DNA of 64,000 nucleotides from Octopus bimaculoides. Taxonomy: Eukaryota. Both the position numbers and the translations under genes were made by a program. The notes beneath the pieces were generated by a model. The model saw only the letters and a list, made by a program, of their open reading frames with translations, was not told the origin of the DNA and did no database searches. Below, piece after piece: positions 37,810 to 50,385 of the stretch (position 1 is its first letter; every line of letters begins with the position of its first letter). Location: assembly GCF_001194135.2 (NCBI RefSeq), contig NC_068982.1, forward strand, positions 58,832,287-58,896,286, given 5' to 3'.

Positions 37810-37889
37810 TTCGTTATCATCATCATTATCATTATCATTGTCTTTGTTTCTTGCTTCCATCATCAACATCACCACTACTACTATCATCG

Positions 37890-37945
<56 letters not shown>

Positions 37946-38060
37946 TTCTTCTTCGTCATCATCATTATCAGCCTTATGGTCAACGTCAGAAACGGCATCA
38001 TCATCATCATCATCATCGTTGTCATCGCCGTCATGGTCAGCCTCTTCCACCTCTCCCTAC
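37810..38060. repeat. (CAT)n-rich trinucleotide repeat
   Basis: Direct reading. Confidence 0.95.
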
Positions 38061-38733
38061 CATCTTTCCCCTCCTCCTCTTCTTCAACATTCCGACACTG
38101 ATTTGTTACTGTAGCTACCGGTCGAAACATTTTTCATTTGTTCCTTTCTTAATTTATTTATTATATTTATCTATTTATCATTTTTTTAAATTTATTTTTA
38201 TGCATTTATTTTTACCTTACACCTTTAAAAAAAAAAAAGTTATTTCACATTTCTCCCAAACATGCTGATCATTACCATCATTTCTACATTTCTATGGCGA
38301 TAACCGAAGCTCCAATTCCTCCACCATCACAACGAACACCACCAGCACCACCATCACCATCACCATCACCACCACCACCACCACCGCTACTATTATTATT
38401 ATTATTATTATTATATAATTAATTTGCTATACTGGCGTGAGTTAAGAAGTCAATGAACCATGCAATTCAGTAAGATAAGTAAATTTCTATTATTCGTTAT
38501 CTCTCTTACCCACCCATCTTCCCCCTCTCTTTCTCAGTCCTCTCTCTCCCTCTCTTATTTAACACTTTCTTTTTGTTTTTTGTTTTTTTATTATGGGTAG
38601 GTGTAGAAAGTTATTCTTTTATCCTTTCACACACATTACCTTCCTTTCCCTATCCTTAAAAATATTTTGTAACTTTAGGAAATTTTTTCTTCTTTCAAAT
38701 ATCAACCATTCATTAAAAGTTCTGGCCTTACAC

Positions 38734-38815
<82 letters not shown>

Positions 38816-39160
38816 AGAAAACAGAGAAACCGAAGAAAAAAACTTTGTTTTTTAATGTATAGTATTTTCGTTGGAATCTTATTCGATTTCTCTTTCTATT
38901 TTAGGATGTTAAATTTCTTTATATTGTATTTTCCAATGTTATTTTATTATTGTTTAATGGCAAGGAAATCTTGTTCCACGGTGAATCTTCAAATTAACAG
39001 TGCAAAATCAAGTTAGTAAGAACATGTTCAGCTAGAAACCATCTTTGCAAATGGAGATTTTTCAGTGTTTGCACGAAACTTCAGTTTCAGTCAAATTTTC
39101 TTCTATGTTATGTACAAGCAAAGCGAATGGTGACAATCTGTGAGATATATTTATCATTAA

Positions 39161-39422
39161 TTACCTACCAGTGATCTCATATGAGATCACTTAAAAATTA
39201 CAAATTTCGTAATTATCTGTCAATATTTACACATAGGTATATTTCTCTGATATTCAAATAAGGTTTGCTAATTTTTCACCCAATATCTCGCTTGTTTCTA
39301 TTTAAAATGTTATTTTGAAATGTTATTTTGATCATTCCAGCGTGTTTCTAAGGCTGTTTTATGCTAGAAATCAAAGTTTCATAAAAAAAATTCCAGTTAA
39401 TAGAATTATGGGAGGTAATGGG
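39161..39422 (-). mobile_element. piggyBac MITE, second copy
   Basis: Reverse complement of 11588-11877; TTAA at 39157-39160 and 39423-39426; CCCA missing from one TIR; short internal indel. Confidence 0.85.
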
Positions 39423-39439
39423 TTAATCAAGCGAAGCGA

Positions 39440-39592
39440 ACTCTGGAAGGGACAGTGTTACCAGCGGTAGTACTAATTGGTCACAAGCTGGGGTTTGAAC
39501 AGTCCCAGTTTGAATCGCCTGGGTGCAGGTTTCTGATGTTGAAAGACCCAAAACTTCCAAAGACACAAGGAAACATCCCTGATAATGTGTCC
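39440..39592 (+). mobile_element. 3' terminus of a HERO-like non-LTR retrotransposon
   Basis: cacaagctgggg...tcgcctgggtg...tctgatgttgaaagaccc...gataatgtgtcc resembles the conserved HERO 3' UTR as I recall it; not database-verified. Confidence 0.45.
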
Positions 39593-40044
39593 AGGTGGAA
39601 CACGGAGTGATGTATGGAAAAGCAAATGCCGTATGGAGTGGAAGTTGTGGTGTATTGATTTACAGGAACAAGCAGGAAAATCTTCACAATCATACCTCAA
39701 TATTGATGCATGTTTCTTAAATGTCAAGACGTATTGACTAATGTATTCAAGGCTCAAATCAGACCATGTCTTACTTGAGTAGTGGACTTAATCATTCGCT
39801 CGTTTTAACACTACAATCTGATCTTTGAGTGACATTAGCAGAGTCTACATTTATTGCAAGCATTTGAAATAGGTATCTCATTTGAAGATACCTTCTCCCT
39901 TCACTGCCACCAGCCTCGGAGGTTTAAGTCAAGAGCCAAAGGCACAATTCTCACTTTCTGGCTAAGATATAACAAAACAAACACAACTGACAACATAAAT
40001 CTACAAATATTACAGTTGAAGGGATAGTCAGAAATGATAATAAT

Positions 40045-40700
40045 TCTTTCTACTATAGGCACAACATTTGACATTTTCTGAAGAGGAGCTAGTCGATTAC
40101 ATTGACCTCAGTGCTCAACTGGCATTTATTTTATCGACTCTGTGAGAATGAATGAAAGACAAAGTCAACCTGAGAAGAGTTTGAACTCGGAACATAAAAC
40201 CAAATGAAATACAGGTATTTTGTCCGGCGTGCTAACAATTCTGCCAGATCCTCGCTCTCTTGTCAATAATAGTAATCCTTTCTACAATAGGCACAAAGCC
40301 TGAAATTTTTAGGGAAGTGGGTAAGTCGATTACATCGACCCCAGTACTCAACTGGTATTTATTTCATTCATCGACCCCGAAAGGATGAAAGGCAAAGTCG
40401 ACCTCGGCGGAATTTGAGCTCAGAACGTAAGGACGGACGAAATGTTGCTAAGCACGATTCCGTCAGCCCGCCGTCTTAATAATCCTTTCTATTATAGGCA
40501 CAAGGCCTGAAATTTGGGAGGAGGTGGAGATGAGTCGATTACATCGACCTCAGTATTTCACTAATCCTTAATTTCTCGACCCCGAAAAACTGAAAGGCTA
40601 TGTCGATCTCGGCGGAATTTGAATTCAGAACGTAGCGGCGGGCGAAATACCGCTAAGCATTTCGTCCAGCACTCTAATGATTCTGCTAGATCCTCGCCTT
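40045..40700 (-). mobile_element. Three head-to-tail SINE-D copies
   Basis: Units at about 40045-40258, 40273-40475 and 40480-40700, separated by short AAT runs and followed by (AAT)n. Confidence 0.85.
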
Positions 40701-40721
40701 CTTGCCAATAATAATAATAAC

Positions 40722-40775
<54 letters not shown>

Positions 40776-41752
40776 CTAGTACCTATAGAAAAAAAACACA
40801 CTAAGTTATTAATATTAAGTTTTAAAAGTATTGAGTTCTTTAACAGCCTTGAAATCCCGTTGCTAAAAGTGCAGCAAAATCATTTGATTTCGTGTGATTT
40901 CATAAGATATTGCTCCTTTTCTTTTGATATCAATGTATCTTATCGAGTTTTCTGTAAAGAGATGATCAATTGGAATTTTAAAACGAATATATATTTAGGA
41001 TTGCAAAGAGGGAGAAGATGGAAATAAAAATTTTCTGTTTTTGCTTTTTGCTTTGGCTTTTTTTGTCACTGTTTTGGAGGTCAAAGTAAATGCAAGGCAA
41101 AGGGATAGTAAATGTGTTGGTGCAAAATGATGCATTCCATTAGATAAGCACAGCAAGAAATTACAGCTTCCTCATACTGGCAACAGACAAGAAGATTTCG
41201 GGGTGTGTATTTATAATAATAGCAGTGGAGATCTTGGTGATTACAAACTATATTGTGGTTTATATAAATCTAATTTGTACAGTGTACATTGTTAGTTTGA
41301 GATCTATCATCTAAGTATCTCTGGCAGAGATAGTGCAGTTAGAGCTTGTGAAACACTGTCAAAGTGTTTTACTGACGGGACAAAATGCAGTCCATCCCAG
41401 AATAATCATTATGGTAGACTATGATTTATTCTTACTTTACTACATTTGAATTATACTTGTCCAAGATAATACAGTTGCAATTTCGCGCAGCATTGCACTT
41501 ACCATTCTTATCTGCTATGTAAAGTCTTGATCATAAATACTGAACCCATATTACATGAGACGACACAGTCTGCTATCAAATACAATGTGCAACAGCTGTG
41601 TTATTTAATTTTCGCTTCCCTTCGTTTATTTATTTATTCATTCATTTATTTGTATATTCATTTATCCATTTTGGGTGAGGAGTGAGAGAAGAAAGGAGAA
41701 AGGGATTTGTTTGTTCCCCTGTTTGTTTACTTGATTGTTCTACGGGGTTTGA

Positions 41753-41824
<72 letters not shown>

Positions 41825-42306
41825 NNNNNNNNNNNNNNNNNNNNNNNNNNNNNNNNNNNNNNNNNNNNNNNNNNNNNNNNNNNNNNNNNNNNNNNNNNNN
41901 NNNNNNNNNNNNNNNNNNNNNNNNNNNNNNNNNNNNNNNNNNNNNNNNNNNNNNNNNNNNNNNNNNNNNNNNNNNNNNNNNNNNNNNNNNNNNNNNNNNN
42001 NNNNNNNNNNNNNNNNNNNNNNNNNNNNNNNNNNNNNNNNNNNNNNNNNNNNNNNNNNNNNNNNNNNNNNNNNNNNNNNNNNNNNNNNNNNNNNNNNNNN
42101 NNNNNNNNNNNNNNNNNNNNNNNNNNNNNNNNNNNNNNNNNNNNNNNNNNNNNNNNNNNNNNNNNNNNNNNNNNNNNNNNNNNNNNNNNNNNNNNNNNNN
42201 NNNNNNNNNNNNNNNNNNNNNNNNNNNNNNNNNNNNNNNNNNNNNNNNNNNNNNNNNNNNNNNNNNNNNNNNNNNNNNNNNNNNNNNNNNNNNNNNNNNN
42301 NNNNNN

Positions 42307-42349
<43 letters not shown>

Positions 42350-42459
42350 TGATTATCTCTTGCTACATCACAAGATAGAAGAAACAACCTTGGAACGAAG
42401 CAATCTTGAAGTACACTATAGACTAGAGATAAGTTTACGAGCCTGTAGCCATTGGAATT

Positions 42460-42930
42460 GTTGGTGATGATAACGAAAATGAGGATAATGGTTACAACGA
42501 AGATGCTAATGTTGCTGCATATGATGACAATATTGATGTTAAAGCTGAAAAGGAGGTATGATGATGGTGATGGTGATGGTAACGATGACGTTGACAGCGA
42601 TGATGACGACGACGATGATGATGATGATAATAACATCGATGAAGAATGAGTATGATGCTGAAGTTGATGTAAATGAAATATGGTGACGACGACGACGACG
42701 ATGATGATGATGATGATGAGGAGGAGGAGGAGGAGAAGAAGAGAGAATGATAATGATGACGATGATGATGATGATGAGGAGGAGGAGGAGGAGGAGGAGG
42801 GGTGGAATAGTAACAAGGGATGCAGGATGAAAACGATAACGATGTCGATGACAAAAGGCTAATGTTGCTAAAGGTGGAGGTGAACAATAATAATCAGTTT
42901 GATGAAGTAACCGATGATGATGACGATGAA
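42460..42930. repeat. (GAT)/(GAC)/(GAG) cryptic trinucleotide repeat
   Basis: Direct reading. Confidence 0.9.
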
Positions 42931-43174
42931 GGAACTGGCAACGAAAGAGATATTTTTCCGATATAAAATACACGATAATACTTATTTTAATCTATCGTTA
43001 TGTTAATAAATCGGGACAGAGGCGATTCCTGACCGGTGAATGAGGAATATGTCGGATACGTTTCCCGCTCGGTAGATTTAAGTTATCTTACTGTATATGT
43101 CATGTGGTCAACGCTGACCAAAATAGATTCGATCTTGTTTCAACCTCGTTGTAGGGATTGTCGGCCTAAAATAT

Positions 43175-43379
43175 CGGTTTCAAATTTTGGCACAAGGCCA
43201 GACAATTTCGGAAGTGGGGTTAAGTCAATTACATTGACCTCAGTGTTCAACTGGTGCTTATTTTATCAACCTTGAAAGTTTATCGACCTCGGCGGAATTT
43301 GAACTCAGAACATAGACGGACGAAATGCCACTAAGCCTTTTAATCGACGTTCTAACGACTCTGCTAGCTCACCGCCTTA

Positions 43380-43429
<50 letters not shown>

Positions 43430-43625
43430 CTTTTCTACTATTGGCACAAGGCCTGAAATTTGTGAGTAAAGGATGAGTCGATTACATCGACCCCAGAATG
43501 TAACTGGTATTAACTTATCGACCCAGAAAGGATGAAAGGCAATATCGACCCCGGCAATGTCGACCCCGGCGGTATTTGAAGACAGACGAAATGCCGCTAA
43601 GCGTTTCTGCCAGCTTGCCGCCTTA
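43175..43625 (-). mobile_element. Two tandem SINE-D copies separated by (AAT)n
   Basis: Units at about 43175-43379 and 43428-43625. Confidence 0.85.
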
Positions 43626-44779
43626 ATAATANNNNNNNNNNNNNNNNNNNNNNNNNNNNNNNNNNNNNNNNNNNNNNNNNNNNNNNNNNNNNNNNNNNNN
43701 NNNNNNNNNNNNNNNNNNNNNNNNNNNNNNNNNNNNNNNNNNNNNNNNNNNNNNNNNNNNNNNNNNNNNNNNNNNNNNNNNNNNNNNNNNNNNNNNNNNN
43801 NNNNNNNNNNNNNNNNNNNNNNNNNNNNNNNNNNNNNNNNNNNNNNNNNNNNNNNNNNNNNNNNNNNNNNNNNNNNNNNNNNNNNNNNNNNNNNNNNNNN
43901 NNNNNNNNNNNNNNNNNNNNNNNNNNNNNNNNNNNNNNNNNNNNNNNNNNNNNNNNNNNNNNNNNNNNNNNNNNNNNNNNNNNNNNNNNNNNNNNNNNNN
44001 NNNNNNNNNNNNNNNNNNNNNNNNNNNNNNNNNNNNNNNNNNNNNNNNNNNNNNNNNNNNNNNNNNNNNNNNNNNNNNNNNNNNNNNNNNNNNNNNNNNN
44101 NNNNNNNNNNNNNNNNNNNNNNNNNNNNNNNNNNNNNNNNNNNNNNNNNNNNNNNNNNNNNNNNNNNNNNNNNNNNNNNNNNNNNNNNNNNNNNNNNNNN
44201 NNNNNNNNNNNNNNNNNNNNNNNNNNNNNNNNNNNNNNNNNNNNNNNNNNNNNNNNNNNNNNNNNNNNNNNNNNNNNNNNNNNNNNNNNNNNNNNNNNNN
44301 NNNNNNNNNNNNNNNNNNNNNNNNNNNNNNNNNNNNNNNNNNNNNNNNNNNNNNNNNNNNNNNNNNNNNNNNNNNNNNNNNNNNNNNNNNNNNNNNNNNN
44401 NNNNNNNNNNNNNNNNNNNNNNNNNNNNNNNNNNNNNNNNNNNNNNNNNNNNNNNNNNNNNNNNNNNNNNNNNNNNNNNNNNNNNNNNNNNNNNNNNNNN
44501 NNNNNNNNNNNNNNNNNNNNNNNNNNNNNNNNNNNNNNNNNNNNNNNNNNNNNNNNNNNNNNNNNNNNNNNNNNNNNNNNNNNNNNNNNNNNNNNNNNNN
44601 NNNNNNNNNNNNNNNGGGATGCCGTAGCCTGAGCGTATGTCTGCGCACCAGCAACCACGGTAGATGGAGAGCCTGACCAGTGGAACTTGCCCTTTCTACA
44701 GAAAGTGGAAGAGTATGCACACGAGTTTGGTCAACCAGCAATCGGGGCATGGGACGACGATCAAGCGGTAATAGAAGAC

Positions 44780-45150
44780 GGTAACAGATGACTAGTCGAT
44801 TACATCGACCCCATTACTCAACTGGTACTCGTTTTATCGACCCCGAATGGATGAAAGGCAAAGTCGACCTCGGCGGAATTTGAACTCAGAACGTAGACAG
44901 ACGAAATACCGCTAACGATTTTGCCAGCTCGTCGCCTTAACAATAATAATAATAATGGTTTCAAATTTTAGCACACGACCTGCAATTTCGGGAGAGGGGA
45001 ATAAGTCGATTAAATCGAACCAGTGTTCAACTGGTACTTATTTTAACGACCTCGAATGGGATGAAAAGCAAAGTCGACCTCAGCGGAATTTGAATTCAGC
45101 ACAGAAAGATGGATGAAATGTCACTAACGGTTCTTCCTGCTCGCCACCAT
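44780..45150 (-). mobile_element. Two tandem SINE-D copies
   Basis: Units at about 44780-44939 and 44955-45150. Confidence 0.85.
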
Positions 45151-45199
45151 TTTGTGGGCTTAAAAAGAGGTTAACTAATTAAGAGTAATAATACCGTAC

Positions 45200-45335
45200 T
45201 GTTTCCTTCTGCGAAATTCACTTACAAGGTATTGGTCGGGCTGGGGCTATTGTAGAAGGCACTTGTCTAGGGTGCCGCAGCGTGGGGCTGACCCCGAAAT
45301 CATGTGGTTGCAAAAGGAACTCCTTACACAGCCAT
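45200..45335 (-). mobile_element. SINE-C diverged head fragment
   Basis: ctgtttcc...gggctattgtagaaggcacttgtctagggtgcc...cacagcca. Confidence 0.65.
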
Positions 45336-46025
45336 TTTTACGTCTATGCTGAAAGTTTTAAAAATTCTTTTGACCCAGTTTTCTTTGTGCCAAATGCCAG
45401 GTCTTAGTTTTTATCACGTTTCATTCTTGCTTTAACTCTGAGTAACAATTTTTGAGACAAGTATCCCTCAAAGGTCAACTTTGCTTTTGTCATTCGGGAT
45501 CGATAAAGCGTAATACCAGGGAAGAACTGAGGATGATCATATTGACTTTACACTCGACCAGTATATGTGGCCTTGTGCTAATATTAGAAATCAATATTTC
45601 AGAGATAAACGGTTTTGAAAATACATTAGAGTAGCGTTATAATATGGTATCTCATATTATGTTCAAATCCCAAGGGATCGATAAATGTGTTTGGGCAACA
45701 TATTTTATCGATCACTATAAATATATTGAAATTAGATGGTTTGGCTGTACATACTATCACGGAACCAGAGATATCTCTTCAGCAGAATCATTAGATCATC
45801 GGACTAAATGCCTTGCTTGATTTACTTACTTTCTTTCAAATCCTGAATTCATATCCCACCGAGGGTGACTTCACCATTTATCATTCCGAGGAGATAAAAA
45901 TAAAGTACCAGCCAAATACGAAGTCGATATAATTTATTATTCCTTGCACCTCAATTTGGGGGTTTTGCTTCTACGTTAGTTATTGAAACACATTAGATAG
46001 TGATGGTCATAGAAGATACAAGTAA

Positions 46026-46965
46026 TAATCCTTTTTACTACAGGTACAAGGCCTGAAATTTGTGGAGAGGGAGCGAGTCGATTACATTAACCACATTGCT
46101 CATTTTATCGACCTCGAAAGGAGGAAAGGCAAAGTCGACACAGAGCATAAAGATAGACGAAATGTCGCTAAGCATTTTGTCCGGCGTGCAAGCTGCTCCA
46201 GTAATAATAGTAATAATAATTTTTTCTACTAAAGGCACAAGGCCTGAAATTTGGGGGAAATGGAGATGTTGTTGGCACTCCGTCGCTTACGACGTCGAGG
46301 GTTCCAGTTGATCCGATCAACGGAACAGCCTGCTCGTGAAATTAACGTGCAAGTGGCTGAGCACTCCACGGACACGTGTACCCTTAACGTAGTTCTCGGG
46401 GAGATTCAGCGTGACACAGTGTGACAAGGCTGACCCTTTGAATTACAGGCACAACAGAAACAAGAAGTAAGAGTGAGAGAAAGTTGTGGTGAAAGAGTTC
46501 AGCAGGGTTCGCCACCATCCCCTGCCGGAGCCTCGTGGAACTTTAGGTGTTTNNNNNNNNNNNNNNNNNNNNNNNNNNNNNNNNNNNNNNNNNNNNNNNN
46601 NNNNNNNNNNNNNNNNNNNNNNNNNNNNNNNNNNNNNNNNNNNNNNNNNNNNNNNNNNNNNNNNNNNNNNNNNNNNNNNNNNNNNNNNNNNNNNNNNNNN
46701 NNNNNNNNNNNNNNNNNNNNNNNNNNNNNNNNNNNNNNNNNNNNNNNNNNNNNNNNNNNNNNNNNNNNNNNNNNNNNNNNNNNNNNNNNNNNNNNNNNNN
46801 NNNNNNNNNNNNNNNNNNNNNNNNNNNNNNNNNNNNNNNNNNNNNNNNNNNNNNNNNNNNNNNNNNNNNNNNNNNNNNNNNNNNNNNNNNNNNGAGCGTA
46901 AATTCAGACGAAATGCCGCTAAGCATTTCGCCCAGAGTGCTAATTGTTCCGCCAGTGCTAATTGT
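46026..46965 (-). mobile_element. SINE-D copies, the second interrupted by SINE-A
   Basis: 46026-46198 is one unit. The 46220-46268 tail and 46894-46965 head flank SINE-A and a gap. Confidence 0.7.
46269..46552 (-). mobile_element. SINE-A, 3' three-quarters (head in the gap)
   Basis: Near-identical to the reverse complement of about 7855-8140. Confidence 0.9.
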
Positions 46966-46990
46966 TACGCCGCACTACTGCTGCTGCTGT

Positions 46991-47037
<47 letters not shown>

Positions 47038-47125
47038 ATAATAATAATAATAATAATCATAATAATCATAATAATAATAGCGAGATTTCTATACATCTTA
47101 AATTTTCAGAAGAATGTGGGGTGAG

Positions 47126-47205
47126 GGCAGTATAGCTTAATCGGTCTAGAGCACCGCGACGCGTAATCACGGAGGTGTGAGTTCGAGTCTCATAGCTGGC
47201 CGCCA
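47126..47205 (+). tRNA. tRNA-like gene or pseudogene, anticodon CGT (Thr), Met-like T arm
   Basis: D stem GCTT/GAGC; loop CGCGTAA (anticodon 47162-47164); T arm GTGAG-TTCGAGT-CTCAT; ends CCA with a T-run from 47210. The acceptor stem has mismatches and G replaces U33. Confidence 0.45.
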
Positions 47206-47319
47206 ACACTTTTTTTCTGCAAAATAGGGTTAGCTTATCCTCTTCAGGCTATATTATTAGCATTATCCTGCGTTTGAGAATTTAAAATCACTTCTTTAAC
47301 TTAATAATAATAATCTTTA

Positions 47320-47555
47320 AAGAAATTGAAATTGCAAGAATTTGGAATATGAAAACTAATGGTCATGCCTGTAATAATTGGTGTAAAAATTTAGAGAAAT
47401 GGTTGAGGGAGATTGGAATAGAATGTTCTGTAGAGCTTCTACAGAAAGGTTGCCTCGTAGGAATAGGAAATATTATCAGGAGGGTTCTAAGCACTTGGAA
47501 GACTTTTGAAAGCTTGTGGATACTTAAGGTTACAGGTAGTAACCTGCTACCAACA
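47320..47555 (+). pseudogene. Diverged R4/Dong-like RLE C-terminus and 3' UTR
   Basis: EIEIARIWNMKT / VMPVIIG (shifted frame) / KNLEKWLREIGIECSVELLQKGCLVGIGNIIRRVLST, following a short (AAT)n. Confidence 0.7.
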
Positions 47556-47565
47556 CAAGGGAAAA

Positions 47566-47902
47566 GGGTAAAGACCCTCTTCAGTAATGAATGACCATGG
47601 GATTCACCTATAAAGTTCCCCTCCGAGGCACAAATCTGGGCAAGGTTGTTTTTGCGGAAGACCAGCGATCACCAATGCATACCATCCTCCCCTCTACACG
47701 CCTCTGATGTTATATCTAAAAGAAAGGAAAAGGCCGATACAGCTTGGCACCAGTGATGTTGCAACTCATTTCTACAGCTGAGTGAACTGGAGCAACGTTA
47801 AATAAATTGTCATGCTCAAGAACACAGCTCGGTCCGGGAATCGAACTCACTACCTCACGACTGTAAGCCCAACGCTCTAACCACTGAGCCATGCACTTTC
47901 AC
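47566..47902 (-). mobile_element. SINE-B, full-length tRNA-derived SINE
   Basis: Head GTGAAAGTGCATGGCTCAGTGGTTAGAGC...GAGTTCGATTCC; aligns with 63615-63954. Confidence 0.85.
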
Positions 47903-47953
47903 ACATCCACATAAATTTTACCAGAGATAAGAACGAACCTGATTGAGATCACC

Positions 47954-48012
<59 letters not shown>

Positions 48013-48022
48013 NNNNNNNNNN

Positions 48023-48490
48023 TTTGTCTGTCTTGATATAAAAAGATGGGCTACAGTAAATACTCAGTTGTTTGATCTTAACCAGTTGAACATGTGCCTT
48101 ATTGGCTGACGATATGTGCATCTCTGATCATGAGCAGAAGTAGTGGAGGAGCATCATAGCCATGTGATGAGAGGAATTCTTTGGGGTTTGAATAATTCAC
48201 CTTTGAAAACATGGGTGTTTTGCTCAACATCCTTAAACAACCCTTATTCAGGGACCTTTTGAGCGGGATGGGCTACTCGACTTGAAGAAAATTCTAACTG
48301 GGTCCCACCTGCGAGATCATGCACTGTTTATCTTGATATGAGATCACCATGTTGTGCACATGTGGTTGTGATGCATGTGCCTGGTGTACCCTTATCAGAC
48401 GGGTAGTCATGATGGGTATACTGGGCTTCATATATTTTACCCCAGTGTAACTTTGATGGCATGCACTGCTCTCTCACTCAATAATAATAA
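48023..48490 (+). mobile_element. Element E copy
   Basis: Aligns with 17190-17670; (AAT)n on both sides. Confidence 0.85.
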
Positions 48491-48496
48491 TGATAA

Positions 48497-48712
48497 TGCT
48501 TTTAAATATTGGCGCAAGGCCAGCAATTTGGGGGACGGGTAAGTCGTTTACATCGACCTCCCAGAGTTCAACTGGTACTTATTTCATCGACCCCGGAAAG
48601 ATGAAAGGCAAAGCCGACTACGACAAAATTTGGAATTAGGGCGTAATGATGGACGAAATGCCGCTAAGCATTTCGTCCGGCATGCTAACAAGTTTGCCAG
48701 TTTGCCGCCTTA
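48497..48712 (-). mobile_element. SINE-D
   Basis: ggcgcaaggcc...gaaaggcaaagccgac...ttgccagtttgccgcctt. Confidence 0.8.
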
Positions 48713-48719
48713 AAGATAT

Positions 48720-48853
48720 TGATAATAATGAGGGTGACGATAATGAGGACAACGACGATGATTGAAATATCGGTGACGATTATAACAACGACGACATTGG
48801 AGTTCACGGTGCTGACGATGAAGATGAGGACGATGTAATGATGATGACGATGC

Positions 48854-48893
<40 letters not shown>

Positions 48894-49900
48894 GCGATGT
48901 CGACGCTATCTGGGTTTATAATGATAAAGTCAGAGAGGATGACATTGACAAAGACGACAATGTTAATGATGGTATTTATGTCGATGGTGATATAATGACA
49001 GCACTGATGATAATATGATGGTGAGGTTGGTAATGAAGGCGGTGCTGCTACTGCTAATGATAATGATGATGATGATGCCAATGTTCCGTTGCAGCACTGA
49101 AGGAAAGACTAAGAACGAGAGCGGGAGGGAGAGAGAGAGAGAGAGAGAGTAAGAGAGTAAGACAGAGAGAGATTGGGGAAAGGAATGTCATTATGGCGCA
49201 GAGGAAGATTTATAATTTAATACCTTCGCCTTCCCCGCTCTTATTACACCCACCCCCCCAGTCACAAACTGCATATCGTAATCTTAATTGTCTAGATTAT
49301 TATGGTTTATTCTTAATGGTACCCTAATCTCTTCACCCACTGAAGATCCCTTATCGGTTTCTTGGGTACCGTATTCCCTACCACAACTACCGCCAAACAA
49401 TTTACCATCACAAACAGCAAAACACTACCCACCACCATTAAAACTACCACCACCATCACCACCGCCGCCGCCACCACACAACCACTGCTACCACCACCAC
49501 CATATCACCATCACTACCACCACTACTACAACCACCAACACCACAACCACTACCGCTACCACAACTACTATCACCACCACTACCACTACCACCAAATCTA
49601 TCACCACCATCACCACAACTACCACCGACACCACTACCATCACAATCACTAACACCATCACCTCTACAACTACTACTACTACCACTACAGCTACCCACTA
49701 CCACCATCACCACCACCACCACCACAACAACAACATCATCCTAACCACCGTCACCACCAATGCCAACCAGGTCAATGACATTATCGAAAACATCAACATC
49801 CCCTCCAATGATATCAATAACAACACCATCATCTCAGCCTCCACATTACCACAGCTAGCAACAAAACAACACCATCGTCCCATCAACCATCACTACCATC
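48720..49900. repeat. (GAT)-rich then (CAC/ACT)-rich cryptic trinucleotide repeats
   Basis: GAT-rich 48720-49080; CAC/ACT-rich 49430-49900. Confidence 0.85.
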
Positions 49901-49917
49901 ACAAAAAACAAACAAAC

Positions 49918-50262
49918 ATGGCTGTGTGGTAAGAAGCTTGCTTTTCAACCACTTGGTTCTGGGTACAGTTCCACTGCGTGGCACCTTGGGCTAGTGTCTT
50001 CTACTATAGCCTCGGGCTGACCAAAGCCTAATGAGTGGATTTAGTAGTTGGAAACTGAAAGACGCCCGTCGTATATATATATGTATATATCTGTGCGTCT
50101 TCGTGTCTGTATTTGTCCCCTTCCTCACAGCTTGACAACCAGTATTGGTGTGTTTACGGTTCAGTGAAAGAGACTGATAGAATAAGTACTAGGCTTGAAA
50201 AATTAGTCCTGGGGCGGTACTCCAGCATGGCTGCAGTCAAATGACAGAAACAAGCAAAACAA
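49918..50262 (+). mobile_element. SINE-C, diverged with internal deletion
   Basis: ATGGCTGTGTGGTAAG...GAAACTGAAAG...CCAGCATGG...AAACAAG. Confidence 0.85.
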
Positions 50263-50385
50263 TAAAAAAAAATCAACACCATCATCACCAGTATCATCAC
50301 AGCCAAGAACACGATTACGACGACGATCGTCACCAACAACATCAACTACAACAAAAGCAATGATACTGCCACTCACAACAAAAAC

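Noticed and set aside
42345-42470. Minus-strand NNSNGYRLV resembling a LINE endonuclease NxNG motif
   Set aside because: No other APE motifs nearby; embedded in low-complexity sequence.
49288-49932. 214-aa Thr/His/Pro-rich mucin-like ORF
   Set aside because: Cryptic (ACC/ACT) repeat with a TTG start that runs into a SINE-C head; no domain or splice support.
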